This document shows positions 50,651 to 64,000 of a stretch of DNA of 64,000 nt, piece after piece (positions within the stretch are counted from its first letter, which is position 1; every line of letters begins with the position of its first letter). The notes beneath the pieces were generated by a model. That model did no database searches, was not told the origin of the DNA, and saw nothing but the letters and a program-made list of their open reading frames with translations. The position numbers and the translations under genes were made by a program. Source of the DNA: the human T2T-CHM13v2.0 reference genome, Homo sapiens; NCBI RefSeq assembly GCF_009914755.1, contig NC_060936.1; one strand, given 5' to 3'.

Positions 50651-52730
50651 TATCCTCATAGGAAGACATTTCTTTGGGGGAAGAAAACGAACTTTGCAGA
50701 TGAGGCTGGAGTTGTCTTTGATCCACATCTACTCATGCTGAGGACCTCAGCTGCCTTCTTTGGGGGAATGTTTTTCCCCAGTGGGGAGTAGACCAAGGTC
50801 GCTGGTAGAGCACCTTGTACCTGTCCTGCACAGCATTTCCCTGGATTGCAGATATGTGCTCATACATGTTGTCCCCATTTAACTTGAAGTTCCATGAAAA
50901 CAGGGGTGTTTTTTCTCTTTTATTTGGTTGTATGTACTATCATTTCCCCAGTGTGGTATTGGATTTTTCATACAGTGTTGGTATTTAACGCTGAGAGCAA
51001 CAGCACATGTGTGTGGGATGAATGTGATAACTTCCTCACGGTGGCTTACGGTAGGATTAGTATGAAAATCCATGTATCCTGACCCTGAGCCCTGTGTTCA
51101 ACCTTTACCTTTTAACCATCACTCTGGAGCTTGGAAGGTGATAAATTTTCTGAAAACTCAAAATTGTACTAGAGATATTGGTCATGAGACTCACTGTCCC
51201 AGGGGCTCTGTGCTGCCTTGGAGCCCTAATTGTTAGGCAGCCATGTTTCATACCATGCAATTTCCATCTTCTACACTGAATCCATGTTTGAGTCAACCAC
51301 AAGAAACACCTGATCCCTGGGTGGTTAATGTATACCTGGATGCCTGGTTTTGAAAAGATGAGCTGGTCTCATTAGATGAGCTGGTCCATGAGATTTTGAG
51401 TTAAGCAATGTACACGGAATTCACCAGCTATTGATGGCATGGCTACTGAGATGCTCTTAGAAAGACAGAGCTGATGGTGCCAGTTCAGAGGACCCAGATG
51501 AGAACCAGAGACAAGCGAGACAGTAACACACAGAGTAAAACAGAGATGTGAGAGAATAGATGTTGTCTTCCTCTCAAGCAATGGGAGAAAATCAAATTTG
51601 AAATTTGAAAACAATTCCAGATTGTTTTTCGTATAGAGAGAACTTTGGTAGAAGGTTGGAGAGAATCAGGCAAGGGTGTGTAGCTTCGTCACCTTAAGGT
51701 AAAGGTTTGTGAAAATCCTGCTGCCGAGGGTCTCTAAAGCTGCATGCAGCCCAGGTTCTTCCTTTCCTCCAGGTCTTCACTCTATGAAATGTGGTCCCTA
51801 CCTCTCACCCCTACACGTGATTGCAGGTGGGTTCACATAACTCTAAGATGTTAGCACTGAGCTGGGTAGGCACATCCCACATCCCACACCAGGAAGAGAC
51901 CAGGAGTTAGGTGCCAGTGGAACCGGGGCAGGATGCCCACATTTAAATAATTCCGTCAGTGTAGTCTAGACACAGTCGGGCAGTGTTCAATACTAGACTA
52001 GACACAATAAGAAATACAAAACTCAAGACAGGTAAGAGCAAGAGTAAACATGTTTGGGCAAATCCATGATCAAAGCAGGTGGTGCTTTAAGGAGATAGCC
52101 ATAAGCGTAAGCCAAAGTCTGCGGGGTGGCTCCAGTGACTTTTTGTTCCCTGGGATTGGGCTTCTTTTGAAGTCCTCTAAGCAGTTTTTTACTGGCTTTA
52201 AAAGAGAAACCGCTGTGATGAAAGACTGGGAGAAGTCCTCTGTTCTTCCTCCTGGGGTTATTGCTGGCAACAGGAAGGTGGAAGAGCTTACAGAGTGTTG
52301 GCTCAGGTTCCAGCCTCATGAACTTATCTCCTTGAGCCTGGGACCTTCCTGAAAAGCAGAGTTCATGGTTTTTCTCATTTGAAGGAGGCATTATGATGGG
52401 AGAGAGAAAGGGGTCTCTTCCGTGTGTCCTTGTGCTTCCTGCATTTTTTCTTCTGTGAAGAAAGTTTTTCACAGCATAGTTGTGGTGGGCACTCTTGAGT
52501 GTGTTTGCCTGAGTTACAGTGATGCCTTTTCACTGAGGACTCTAAGCCTATGAGAGGACACCAAGCAGCCGTATTTTCCATAAGTGATTCTGGTCTCCAG
52601 TCAGTTCTAAGAACCAGGGGTGGACACTCATTCCAAGCTGGACCAAGAAGATGTGCTTCCCTAGAAATATGGAATCTTGGCTGATACCAGGCTCTATTTA
52701 TGGTGGAGCTAAGCGCCTATTAAAAACTCA

Positions 52731-53045
52731 GGCTCCAGCTGTGCATCGTGGCTCAATCCTGTAATCCCAGCACTTTGGGAGACGTAAGCGGGAGGATTGT
52801 TTGAGGCTAGGAGCCTCAACACCAGCCTGGGCAACATAGGGGGACCCCACCTCTACAAAAAAAAATTCAGAAATTTGTCAGACATGGTCATGTATGCCTG
52901 TAGTCCCAGCTACTTGGGAGGCTGAGGTGGGAGGATATCTTGAGCTCAGGAGTTTGAGGCTACAGTGAGCTAGGAATTCATCCCTGCATGCCAGCCCAGG
53001 TGACAGAGCAAGCCCCTGTCTCAGACAAACAAAACAAATGAACAG
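52731..53045 (+). mobile_element. AluJ
   Basis: Diverged dimer; TSD AAAACTCA (52723-52730 / 53046-53053). Confidence 0.9.
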
Positions 53046-53738
53046 AAAACTCAGGGACCATGGTCCAACTACCTTTTACCATGCACACTGATGAGAAACA
53101 AACAATGAATGGAGGAGAGGTGTGCTGTGGGAAGCAGAAGTAGGAGAGCTTGGAGATGGAAGGCGAGGAAAGCATGAAAAAGGAAAGGAAGTGTAGGGAG
53201 GAAAAATCAAATAGACACACAAATGCAGAGAAAAACAGAAATACCTGAGCAAGTTATTGTTGCCTCATCCCAGTTAGCTCTCCAGACCTCAGTTCTAGTT
53301 CCTGCCTCATTGCTGTGTTCAGGCCTCCCCAGTAGTTGCCCCTTAAAATAAGTTTTTCTATTTTAAAAACATTGTTCTTTTACTTGTATCTCAAAGAATT
53401 AAATATATCGAAATTTATTAGTAGTAGTATTAGTATTAGCGTTGCCTGCCTGCCTAATAGTTTCCCATCTTCTTTTTGGCTCTAACATCTACAAATGACT
53501 GCCATGCTTCTGCCCTGGGAACCATGTGCCTCCCAGAGCCAGAATATTTGCCTTGATTTTTGAAGAATCAGGTAGAAATGATGGGATGGTAGTATTTATA
53601 ATGCCATCAAAGAAAGGAAAGAAATTTGCAAGGATTGGAGGAAAGAGTTCCGTTTCATTTGCATTGGGACTTGGCAAACAGATGCAGAATGGGCTTCCAG
53701 TATTACTGGTGTCCTGTGAAGGTAGCTGACTAAGGTAT

Positions 53739-54099
53739 TGTATTAGTCCATTTTCACGCTGCTGATAAAGACATAGCTGAGACTGGGTAATTTATAAAGA
53801 AAAAGAGGTTTAATGGACTCGCAGTTCCATGTGGCTGGGGAGGCCTCACAATCATGGTGGAAGGCAAAAGGCACATCTTACATGGTGGCAGATGAGAGAA
53901 ATGAGAGCCAAGTGAAAGAGGAAACCACTTATAAAACCATCAGATCTCATGAGACTTACTTACTACCACGAGAACTGTATGGGGGAAGCTGCCTCTGTGA
54001 TTCAGTTATCTCCCACTGTCTCCCTCCCAGAACATGGGGGAATTATGGGAGCTACAATTCAAGATGAGATTTGGGTGGGGACACAGCCAAACCACATCA
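53739..54099 (-). mobile_element. THE1 (C-like) MaLR solo LTR
   Basis: TGTATTAGTCCATTTTCACGCTGCTGATAAAGACATA..GGGAGCTACAATTCAAGATGAGATTTGGGTGGGGACACAGCCAAACC; flanks GGTAT/GTTAT. Confidence 0.92.
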
Positions 54100-55635
54100 G
54101 TTATAAATGGCTAAAGTCTGTCGAGTGTGTCAGATGGTCACTCACCTTTGTGCCTGACATTGGTGAAGTGCTGGGATCAGGGTAGAGAGTGAGAGAAAAC
54201 TTTCTTTACTTTGTATTGTATCATTGGCACCAAATAATTTTTGGGTCTTGGAAGGAGCTGACCACTGTCATCACAGTGCTGGCTGATCTTATTATTATCT
54301 GTCTCACAAATCAAATATGGGTAAATATATTCTATAGGCAGCAGTAGCAAAACATGCAAAATCAGATTACTTGACCAATTTTCAGCCCTGATTCCTACTC
54401 CTCATGTTGATTCCTCTGATTAGCTTTTCATTCCTCTCTGAAATGCCACTAAATGGACTCAGATGCCAAAATATAATTTGCATAGGGCACTAGCTTTGTC
54501 CAGAAGACACAGTTGTTATTCAAATCAAGCCAAGTTAAAAGAGATCATGTAGCTCTTTCGTGTCACAAATTTGGTAGCAAGTTTTTATTGTTTATAGATT
54601 ACTATGAGCTACTAAGGGAAAACAGGGCTTTAAGAGAATGTGGCAAGTATTAAGAGACACAGATACTTCTTTGGAGCAGCTTGTAAGGGAGGGTTAATAA
54701 AACATATCTACATGACACAATAGCAAAACTTCAAAGCCTTCATCTTAATACATACGAAATGATTTATATAAATTGAAGATCCACGGGCTGAATGATGGTT
54801 CAGAGTTGAATGGATTAACCCTGGTGAACTGTTTCAAGAGGGTCTTTTTAAACCATCATTTGCAGATATTTTGATCTTCTTCTTGTATCAGTTTTCAGAT
54901 ACCTCAAATAAGGTTCACAGCCAACAACTTGGGAAGCATCTTTGCACCCTAGGGCAATGTGTGCCCCCACCTGACCTCCAGATGGTATTCTCCAACCTGA
55001 GCAAGAATCAATAAATCAGTGATGGGGAAAATCAAAGAGGACGACACAGCTTTGCCTTCCAAGACCTTAGGATATGTGTTCATTTATTACTTGGGTGCCA
55101 GAGCATTAATGATGCCATGTGGGTTCAGGTTTCTCCTTATGGGTGTTAAAACAAAAGGAATTATTCTATCTACTTGTGTTGAAGCAAATGGAAATTTATT
55201 ATTCTTTAAAAAAAAGGATACTATGACAGCAGGAATACAAAATTTATCAGTAAAAATGAGTCCAAGTTTTAGTGTCTTCAGCACTGTCTCAGGTTGTGCC
55301 TTGCATTTCCCTTCTTCCCTTTGATCTTTTATGGGGCAAGTTCAGAAGCAGATATTCTGATAGTAAAGCAATGTAGGGATCCATCGTGACTGAGCCTGAT
55401 TCCAAAGTTTTCTTTATTCGTGATGAGGGAACAATGATTTTAATTTACTGTTTCTGCAGAACTTCAGACCTGTCTCTTAAAATAACTCCTGACCACTTAT
55501 TCACTGGTCAACTCAAGCAAATAATATTTGTGTTTGTCCAATTAACAAAGAGCAAAAAGGGGTGGTAAAATACATCCTGAGCCTTAGGCATCAGGAGAAG
55601 TTTGCATGTGGAACTGCTGTTCTCAACGTTGCTTG

Positions 55636-56089
55636 CTACGGTAGATTGCAGAAATGGTGGCTGTTTTCCTCGCTGCTGCTAGGCTTGACATTTTTCAGCT
55701 CTTACCATCAAAAGGTAGAGTCTTATTTTTCTACCTCTTGCATGCAGCAGGCCTTCTGATTGTGTTGGCCAGTAGGATGAGTTAGAAGTGGCATTGTGGA
55801 AGTCATTTCTGAGCTCAGACCTCAGGAGGTTTCTGCACACTTCTGTCTTTCTCTTGGAACCTTCCACGTTACCATGTGAACAAGCATGGGTGAAAGTATG
55901 AAATATGAGAAATTACCAGGGAGGTCTTCCCAGTGAAGGCCATTCTTGACCAACGAGACCCAACTAACCTGGTAGTTGGGACAGATGTGTGATCCCAGCA
56001 GAACCCAGAATTATGAGCTAAATCGATGGCTATTGTTTTAACCCAACCAAGTTTGGGGATGATTTGTTACGTAACAGCTGACTGATACC
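55636..56089 (+). mobile_element. MLT1F/G/H-like MaLR LTR
   Basis: GGTAGATTGCAGAAATGG..CCATCAAAAGGTAGAGTCT..AAGTTTGGGGATGATTTGTTAC..ACTGATAC. Confidence 0.75.
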
Positions 56090-56327
56090 CTTCATGTTAC
56101 ACAAGTTCGTGAGTAACAAAAAAGTAGATTGTCACTAAGTATTTTTGAAGAGATAAACACATCCTTTTAATTTATCTTTTATTGAGACATCTTATTTTTT
56201 TCTTTACCTGAGAACAAATGCAGAATCGAGCTTCCCTACACATTCAAAAATGGCATTTGTGTGTGCATCAGATAGAAAATGTGTGTGTGCGTGTAAGTGC
56301 ATGCTCAGCTTTAGAAACAGCCTTTCA

Positions 56328-56755
<428 letters not shown>

Positions 56756-57101
56756 TCAGTGGTCATTTAGAACTGTGTCCACTCAAAGAGCCCATAGCTT
56801 TGTAGGTTCAGAGGTGGATAAAGGTGCATCTGGCCACTTCAGTTAGGAAAGGCTTTTTTGATGGGACAAGTTGGGTGGAAAGAAAGATTGGTTTGGATGC
56901 CATGGGGAGTTGGAAGGGTAGATTCTGACCTGGCAATGACATGAACCAATATACAGAGGCTGGAGTTGCCATTGGCTGTGGCTGAGAGGAGGGGCGAGGA
57001 AAGGGTTGATTGCCAATAGATTCCTGTTGGGGAGAGATAGAAAATGGGGCTACTCTCATCCCTTCTTTCCATCCACCTTTCTTTAAAAGCGTTGCGTATT
57101 A

Positions 57102-57272
57102 GGCTGGGCGTGGTGGCTCACACCTGTAATCCCAGTGCTTTGGGAGGCAGAAGTGGGAGGATCACTTGAGGCCAGGAGTTCGGCCTCGGCAACACAGTAA
57201 GACTCCATCTCTACAATAATAATAATTATTATTATAATAACTGTCATAATAATAAAAAATTAGGCATGGTGG
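57102..57272 (+). mobile_element. Alu left monomer with (AAT/ATT)n linker and truncated right arm
   Basis: GGCTGGGCGTGGTGGCTCACACCTGTAATCCC..CCATCTCTAC. Confidence 0.85.
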
Positions 57273-58211
57273 CTAGACCCCGACTTTAAACAGAAAGGAT
57301 TGCATGTGATATCTCAGTCTGAAGAGCGAGAGTTTTATTTGTAAGGAGAAAGAGCCTTAACATTTTAATTATCTTGATACTACTCCCATCTTGGCAGTTA
57401 CTCTGTTTCCCCCAAATTGCTCAAGAGCTGGAAGGCCTGAATCCTGACCTTAGTACCAAGCCTGAGAACTCAATCCATTCTCTAAACGTTAAGTTTCCGC
57501 CGAACTTTAGATGATTCTGCGGCTTTGTGTTGTGGTTTTGTGGCTTTTTTTTTTTTTCCATTTGAAATTAAATTATCTGGAATGACAAAACCACAGCTGT
57601 TAAACAGTGGGCATTAGATGACATTTAAACATCATTATCTTATGCTCTAATGGAAGAATTGGCTCGTGATTAAAAATGAGACCTCCCGGCAGCAGCAATC
57701 TGAAGAACTGCCATTTGCAAATCGCCTATTTTAAGAAGAACCCTGAATCTATTGGTATTTTCAGAGAAAATGGAACACTAGCTTTATCTGCGTCTGGATG
57801 TTTGAAGATGGTGCTGATTGCTGGCAGACCTTTCCAGCATGATCCTAATGGTTTGGTGCCTGCCTGTATAGACGATGCCTAGAACTGACGGTAGCCTGGT
57901 GATATTTACAATTACAAATGGATTCTTATTTTAGAGATTATCTCAAGGAGTCAGTAATCCATTTTCAGGGCTTGAGACTTAATTTAGGCTTTTAAAATCT
58001 CTGATTGTGTGCAGTTAATGAAGTCAGTCTGAGTCTATATTCATCCCGATAGTGCTGAGTTTGACACCAATGACACTAGATTTTATTTTCCAAATAGGTA
58101 TGCAGATTTTTCTTCCCAAGAAAGACTTCCATTCTAGTGACTTCAGGTTGAAACATTTAGATGTGAACATTTCAGCATGGAAAACACCTCTTTACCCGGT
58201 GAAGAAATTCT

Positions 58212-58507
58212 TTTTTTTTTTTTTTTTTGAGACTGAGCCTTGCTCTGTTGCCCAGGCTTGAGTACAGTGGCGATCTCAGCTCACTGCAAGCTCTGCCCCC
58301 CGGGTTCTGCCATACTCCTGCCTCAGCCTCCCGAGTAGCTGGGACTACAGGTGCCCGCCACCACGCCTGGCTAATTTTTTGTATTTTTTAGTAGAGACGG
58401 GGTTTCACCGTATTAGCCAGGATGGTCTCGATCTCCTGACCTTGTGATCTGCCCACCTCGGCCTCCCAAAGTGCTGGGATTACAGGCGTGAGCCACCACA
58501 CCCGGCC
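58212..58507 (-). mobile_element. AluY
   Basis: GCAAGCTC and TTAGCCAGGATGGTCTCGATCTCCTGACCT diagnostics; 18-bp TSD ACCC(G/T)GTGAAGAAATTCT (58194-58211 / 58508-58525). Confidence 0.93.
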
Positions 58508-61369
58508 ACCCTGTGAAGAAATTCTAACTTGTAATTTGGGGGTTTCTGCTTTCTCTTTTGTAAAGTTATTTTTAGAAAGCTAAAGGCTAATGAATGATTG
58601 AGGTGTAATGTTTATGGGACAGCAGGATTTCTGTGGCAGGTATCTATTTAGTTATTTTTAGTGTCCTGTTTTTTGAAGACTTCAAGAAGAACATATAAAA
58701 GGAAGAGACCTTTGTCCACTTCCACTGTAGCTCAATTTCCCATCTATCAATTGGATTACTGCTAGGGTTTTGGAGAAAATGAAAAATGAAAGAATCAGTG
58801 ATGATTCCCCAAAGTAAATTATTGCTGAAATGTGAGATAGGTTTTTGTCCTCTCGTTGGCATGTTGGGAAAAGCCTGGGCATATGTTAGCATGGTTAGCC
58901 ACTGAGTGAACCCATGTTCTTTAGCTGTAAGCAAAGAGTGAGCCCTACTAAAGAGGATATGGACTGGTCCTTTAGGTTAAGAGGGTGGTTGAAACCCCTC
59001 AACTATTATTGAAGGAATCAAAGAGAGGAGCTACATGAAGCCTTCCACCATTGCTGGAAGGAATAACCTCCTTCTTTCTGGCATCCTTAAGGTTCTGAGT
59101 CTTTGGCAAGAGTTCAGTTTCCCAGGGTTGGTTCACACACCCACCCTTGGTTATATGGCACCATAAGAGGCAAGGAGCTTCTAGAAACCTTATCGCCTGG
59201 TTTCATAGACTTACCCTCCCTCTTAGACTGGACATAATTGGGGGAGAAGTAATAGCTTCTTCTGTCCCCAAAGTGGGGTGTTATCATGAAGGGAGAAAGG
59301 ATGTTGAGTTATCAAAATATACAAATATCTCAACTGGAAGTCAAAATGTGTCTTAGAAATTCAGCAATGTCTAAGTAAAGACACTCAGAATTGTCTGCAC
59401 ATAAAACTGTAAGCTCCAGCTCTCCAGATTTGAAAAAAAAAAATAGGAAAAAACAGCAAAGCTATTAAGGACCCGTATTTTAATATGCATTATTACATTT
59501 CACAATTGTTTTGCAGGATAAATTTCTATCAGGTGACATGAAAATGAGGCCAGATATTTTCATAATCTCTTGTGACCCAAATGTATTATGAATTCCTTCA
59601 TCCAGTTTTAATATAACTCTAAATTATTCCTCGATGTCTATTAATAATTAAGGAAAGCAAAAACTGTATTATCTCTTTAATAGCATTTTGACTTTTTACT
59701 TTCTTTTTGTAATAGATGTTCCCAGTGCATTTCTTGTTATGTCAGGATTCTTAAGAACTTCAAGTCATCGTATTGCATGACTCTTATGCCCTCAGTTTAT
59801 GAGTCCTGCTATCAAATGGCAATGGGTCCCCCACTCCCACCAGTCTCTTCACCCCAAGAAGTCATTGCCCTCCTTGCAATGGGCCAACACCCTGCTTTAC
59901 TTTAGGGGAGCTGCCCCTCCCTGACTGTCAGTCCCTTAGGGTGGGATTCCTTCCCTAGGCCTGTCCAATGAGCGTGGTACATTCCATGGGAATGAGAGGC
60001 ACAGGGCTGGGCAGGTATTCAAAGTGGGGCCATTCAGAGGCAAGGAATGTCTGTCCTTGGACTTTATCTGCAACAATTAGGAAACAGTGCTTCTCTTTAC
60101 ACCTGGGTTGTGAGTCCTGGAGCTGCAGGTGGCCGTCTTTCCTAAGCATAAAGCCCATGCTGATGGAAGCAGCCTATGGTTCTAGTGGCATCATCTCAGC
60201 TCCTAAATCCAGTCTCTTTGGGACCCAGATCTTTCCCTGGACTTCCCCCTTGCAGGAGTCCATAATAGTCTGTTTTATACTTAAGCCTCAACGAGGTTTT
60301 TAAAATTATTATTATTTGTTACTGAATCTTATCAAACATATCACCCTTGGCCAGTTTTTTTTTTCTTTTATTTCTAGGGATTCAGATTCTAGAAATGCAT
60401 TTCTTGTTCCACATTCTGGAAACACATTGCATTGCACAGCCGATGGTATTTAGGAAGGGAGTTAACCCTACCACAGGGACCAGTGCACAGCAGAGAAATT
60501 AGAACTGTGTCCGGCACGTTGCAGACACTCAAGAAACTTTTGCTGAGTGAATGGAGGAATGTTTGTAAATCTCCCTTAGTGCTTCCTTGGGACAGGGCTG
60601 CACTCTGTTCAGGAGCAATTCCTTAGGCTGGAGAAGCTCTTCCAGGCAGGGATGAGCTGCGGGTTCACTAGGGCTGGGGCAGGGACAACCTGTTTTTGGC
60701 CAGCCATTGTCATCTTCTGGGGGGAGCTGACCTTCATGAAGCATCAGCTGAGCACCGTGCACAAGGCCGGGGGTTTGCTCTGCTGGTCAGCTCCACAGCA
60801 GGAGACGTGAGAAATCTTCTGGTCCCATCACCTGGTGCTGAGGCTCTTCTTTCCTGTGAACTAATTAGCTCTCCGGTTCAGTTACCTTCTCTCCCTTGGT
60901 TTCCATAGAGGGAAATGGATTTTAAAAATGTGATGGAAAGCGTTTTCTTCCAGTGGTGGTAACAGGGATAATTGTCATTGCTCTGCTGGGATGAGGGGAG
61001 TTTTTGGGGATATTTGGGGTGTCTGTGATGACAGAAAGTAGAGGAGACAATTTGGGGGAGGGGTGGGGATCAAGGTCCTCACTTAAGCAGAAAAAAGGAC
61101 CTTTCAGTGATCTCCCGTGACGGGACTGCTGACCTCCAGCCAAGACCTGGTGAGGCAGGGGTGGATGGAAAGGAGGCAGCTTCAGAATGAAGCCGTATCG
61201 TTTTGTTTCAGGAATGAGAAGCCAAAATAAAGCAGAAAGATTTAAATCTTGCTTTTTCTCTTCTTAGCTCTATGACACTTGGCAAATCAGCTATTCTTAC
61301 GGATCCTCAGGACCTTCTTTGTGAACTTCAAATGTTTAGCACACAATAAGCACCAACACTTGCATTTTT

Positions 61370-62200
<831 letters not shown>

Positions 62201-62312
62201 GAATAGTGATGATAAACACAATGATTATTTTTATTAGTTAAATACCATTAAATACAAAGGATGAAGCTAGAGAGTGGATTGGTGGCTACCAGAGGCCAAG
62301 AAGGATAATGGG

Positions 62313-62742
62313 TGTATTAGTCTGTTCTTGCATTGCTACAAAGAGATACCTGAGGCTGGGTAATTTATAAGAAGAGAGGCTTAATTGGCTCATGGTTCTG
62401 CAGGCTGTACAGGAAACATGGCACTGGCATCTGCTTGACTTCTGGTAAAGCCTCATGGAGCTTCCAATCGTGGCAGAAAGTGAAAGAGAGAGTTGGGTGG
62501 GGGGGTTTGCCACACACAAGGGAGCAAGCAAGAGAGAGTGGGGTCGGGGGTTTGCCACACGCTATTACACCACCTTCCATGAACTCAGAGTGAGAACCTG
62601 TTCATCACCAAGGAGATGAACAAGCCATTCATGAGGGATCCACCCCCGTAATCCAGACACCTCCCACCAGACCCCACCTCCAATACTGGGGATCACATTT
62701 CAACATGAGATTTGGGTGGGGACAGACATGCAAGCTATATCT
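62313..62742 (-). mobile_element. MSTB MaLR LTR inserted into a sense L1MA 3' end (~62262-62312 and ~62743-63055)
   Basis: GGCTCATGGTTCTGCAGGCTGTACAGGAA..CCATTCATGAGGGATCCACCCCC; L1 sequence GGTGGCTACCAGAGGC resumes with GAGAAGTTGATTAATGGGTAC. Confidence 0.88.
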
Positions 62743-64000
62743 ACCAGTGGGGATGGAGAGAAGTTGATTAATGGGTACGAGCATATGGTGGGATAGAGAA
62801 AATAAGACCTTGTGTTAGATAGATTAGCAAGGTGATTGTAGTTTACAGTACCGTGTGTTTCAAAATATGGAGAAGAGAAGAATTTAAATGTTCCCAGAAT
62901 AAAGAGAAGATGACTATTTCAGATGATGGAGATCTCAAGTACACTGATTTGATCTTTACAAATTATATGGGTGTATTAAATAATCACATGTACCCTTCAA
63001 CTATGTATATCTATCATCTATCAATATAAAAAATAAATGAAAAAATTAAAAATACAAATTATATTATCAAATACTATTAACTGTTAACACTATTATTCTT
63101 ACGAATACTAGTTCTAATAATAAGCGTGTGGCTTGCCACAGAGCTAATTAGTCAGACCTAGACCGCAGAAATCTGCACAGTCCTTTACCCTCTCCACATC
63201 TTCCGGGAGCTCTCACTGACAGTCTCCAACACTCTGACAAGATAAGATCCGTACTTCTTTCTAGCCACCCCTTATTAACTCAGCTAAGCTGGATCCGAAG
63301 GTTGCACGCAGCCTCGCCTCACTTCTGTGACCGTACTCCTGGTACTCACTGTAATTATGGAATTGTGAAGTGTCACCCACTCAGGAAGCCAGAAGCCTTT
63401 TTCTCATTGAGTGTACGCCACAGGGGACTGATGCTGTGGCCCTAGATGAGAGGGACACAGCAGGCTCTTGTTGGGAGGGGACCCGCTTCTCTGCCTCTAT
63501 TCTCTACTTTTGTTGTTTAAAGGTAAAAGTCCGAAAATGTTGCCATAGTGACAGCACCAAATGTTGATCAAGTCCATTAGATTTGCCCAGAGGTGCGCTT
63601 AGCTCACCCACAGTACTTTCAGAACAGTTCTTTGTTCCCTCTCTCCTTCGTGCAAGAAACGTGGCACCCCCGCCGGAACCTGGTGCCCCGCAGGCTGCGG
63701 TGTGGCCATCCGCAAATGGCGACTCACTTCACGTCGGTCCTGGCTCCTCACGCTGCCTGCTCAAACCTTTTTATCAAGCGCAGGCCAGCGAGGCCCCACC
63801 TCTTCCCCACGTCCACTGTCCACATCATGCCCTCAGCCTCTCCTGACCACCTCTACGCAGTGTTTTTCCAGGCTGCCGTTGACGGTGCAGGGGTGATGGC
63901 AAGAGACCACTCAAATTCAGAAGCTGAGTCATATCCTCTGCTTATCTCAGATTGGGTTCATCAGGATGCTGAGTGGCGACAGAAACCCAACTTCCAGCTG

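Noticed and set aside
51356-51386. AGATGAGCTGGTC repeated at an 18-nt period
   Set aside because: Small local duplication with no further structure
52023-52472. 149-aa and 100-aa overlapping ORFs in unique-looking sequence
   Set aside because: No recognisable homology, polyA tail or TSD to suggest an exon or processed pseudogene

Overview
Human (or near-identical great-ape) genomic DNA, not a prokaryotic accessory region. About 18 kb of repeat-rich upstream sequence is followed by a large CpG-island promoter (~18.4-20.6 kb) containing the first coding exon of TMEM132C (ATG 19299; 85 nt encoding the signal-peptide-like MRSEGAAPGPAAPLCGALSLLLGALLGK; phase-1 donor AAG|GTAAGG). The remaining ~44.6 kb is intron 1, which hosts the MIR3612 hairpin (46075-46161). 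The rest is mostly Alu, L1, L2, MIR, MaLR/ERV LTRs, hAT DNA transposons and simple repeats. All other ORFs in the track look spurious. I see no convincing new multi-gene system. The best leads are regulatory or structural: a strong-Kozak uORF ending 16 nt before the TMEM132C start, a candidate recursive splice site, a palindrome-rich 59-bp VNTR apparently derived from an L2 tail, a twin-primed L1 and a possible Alu-L1 chimera. Gene and repeat names come from recalled consensus sequences, not a database search; subfamilies and boundaries of old repeats are approximate.
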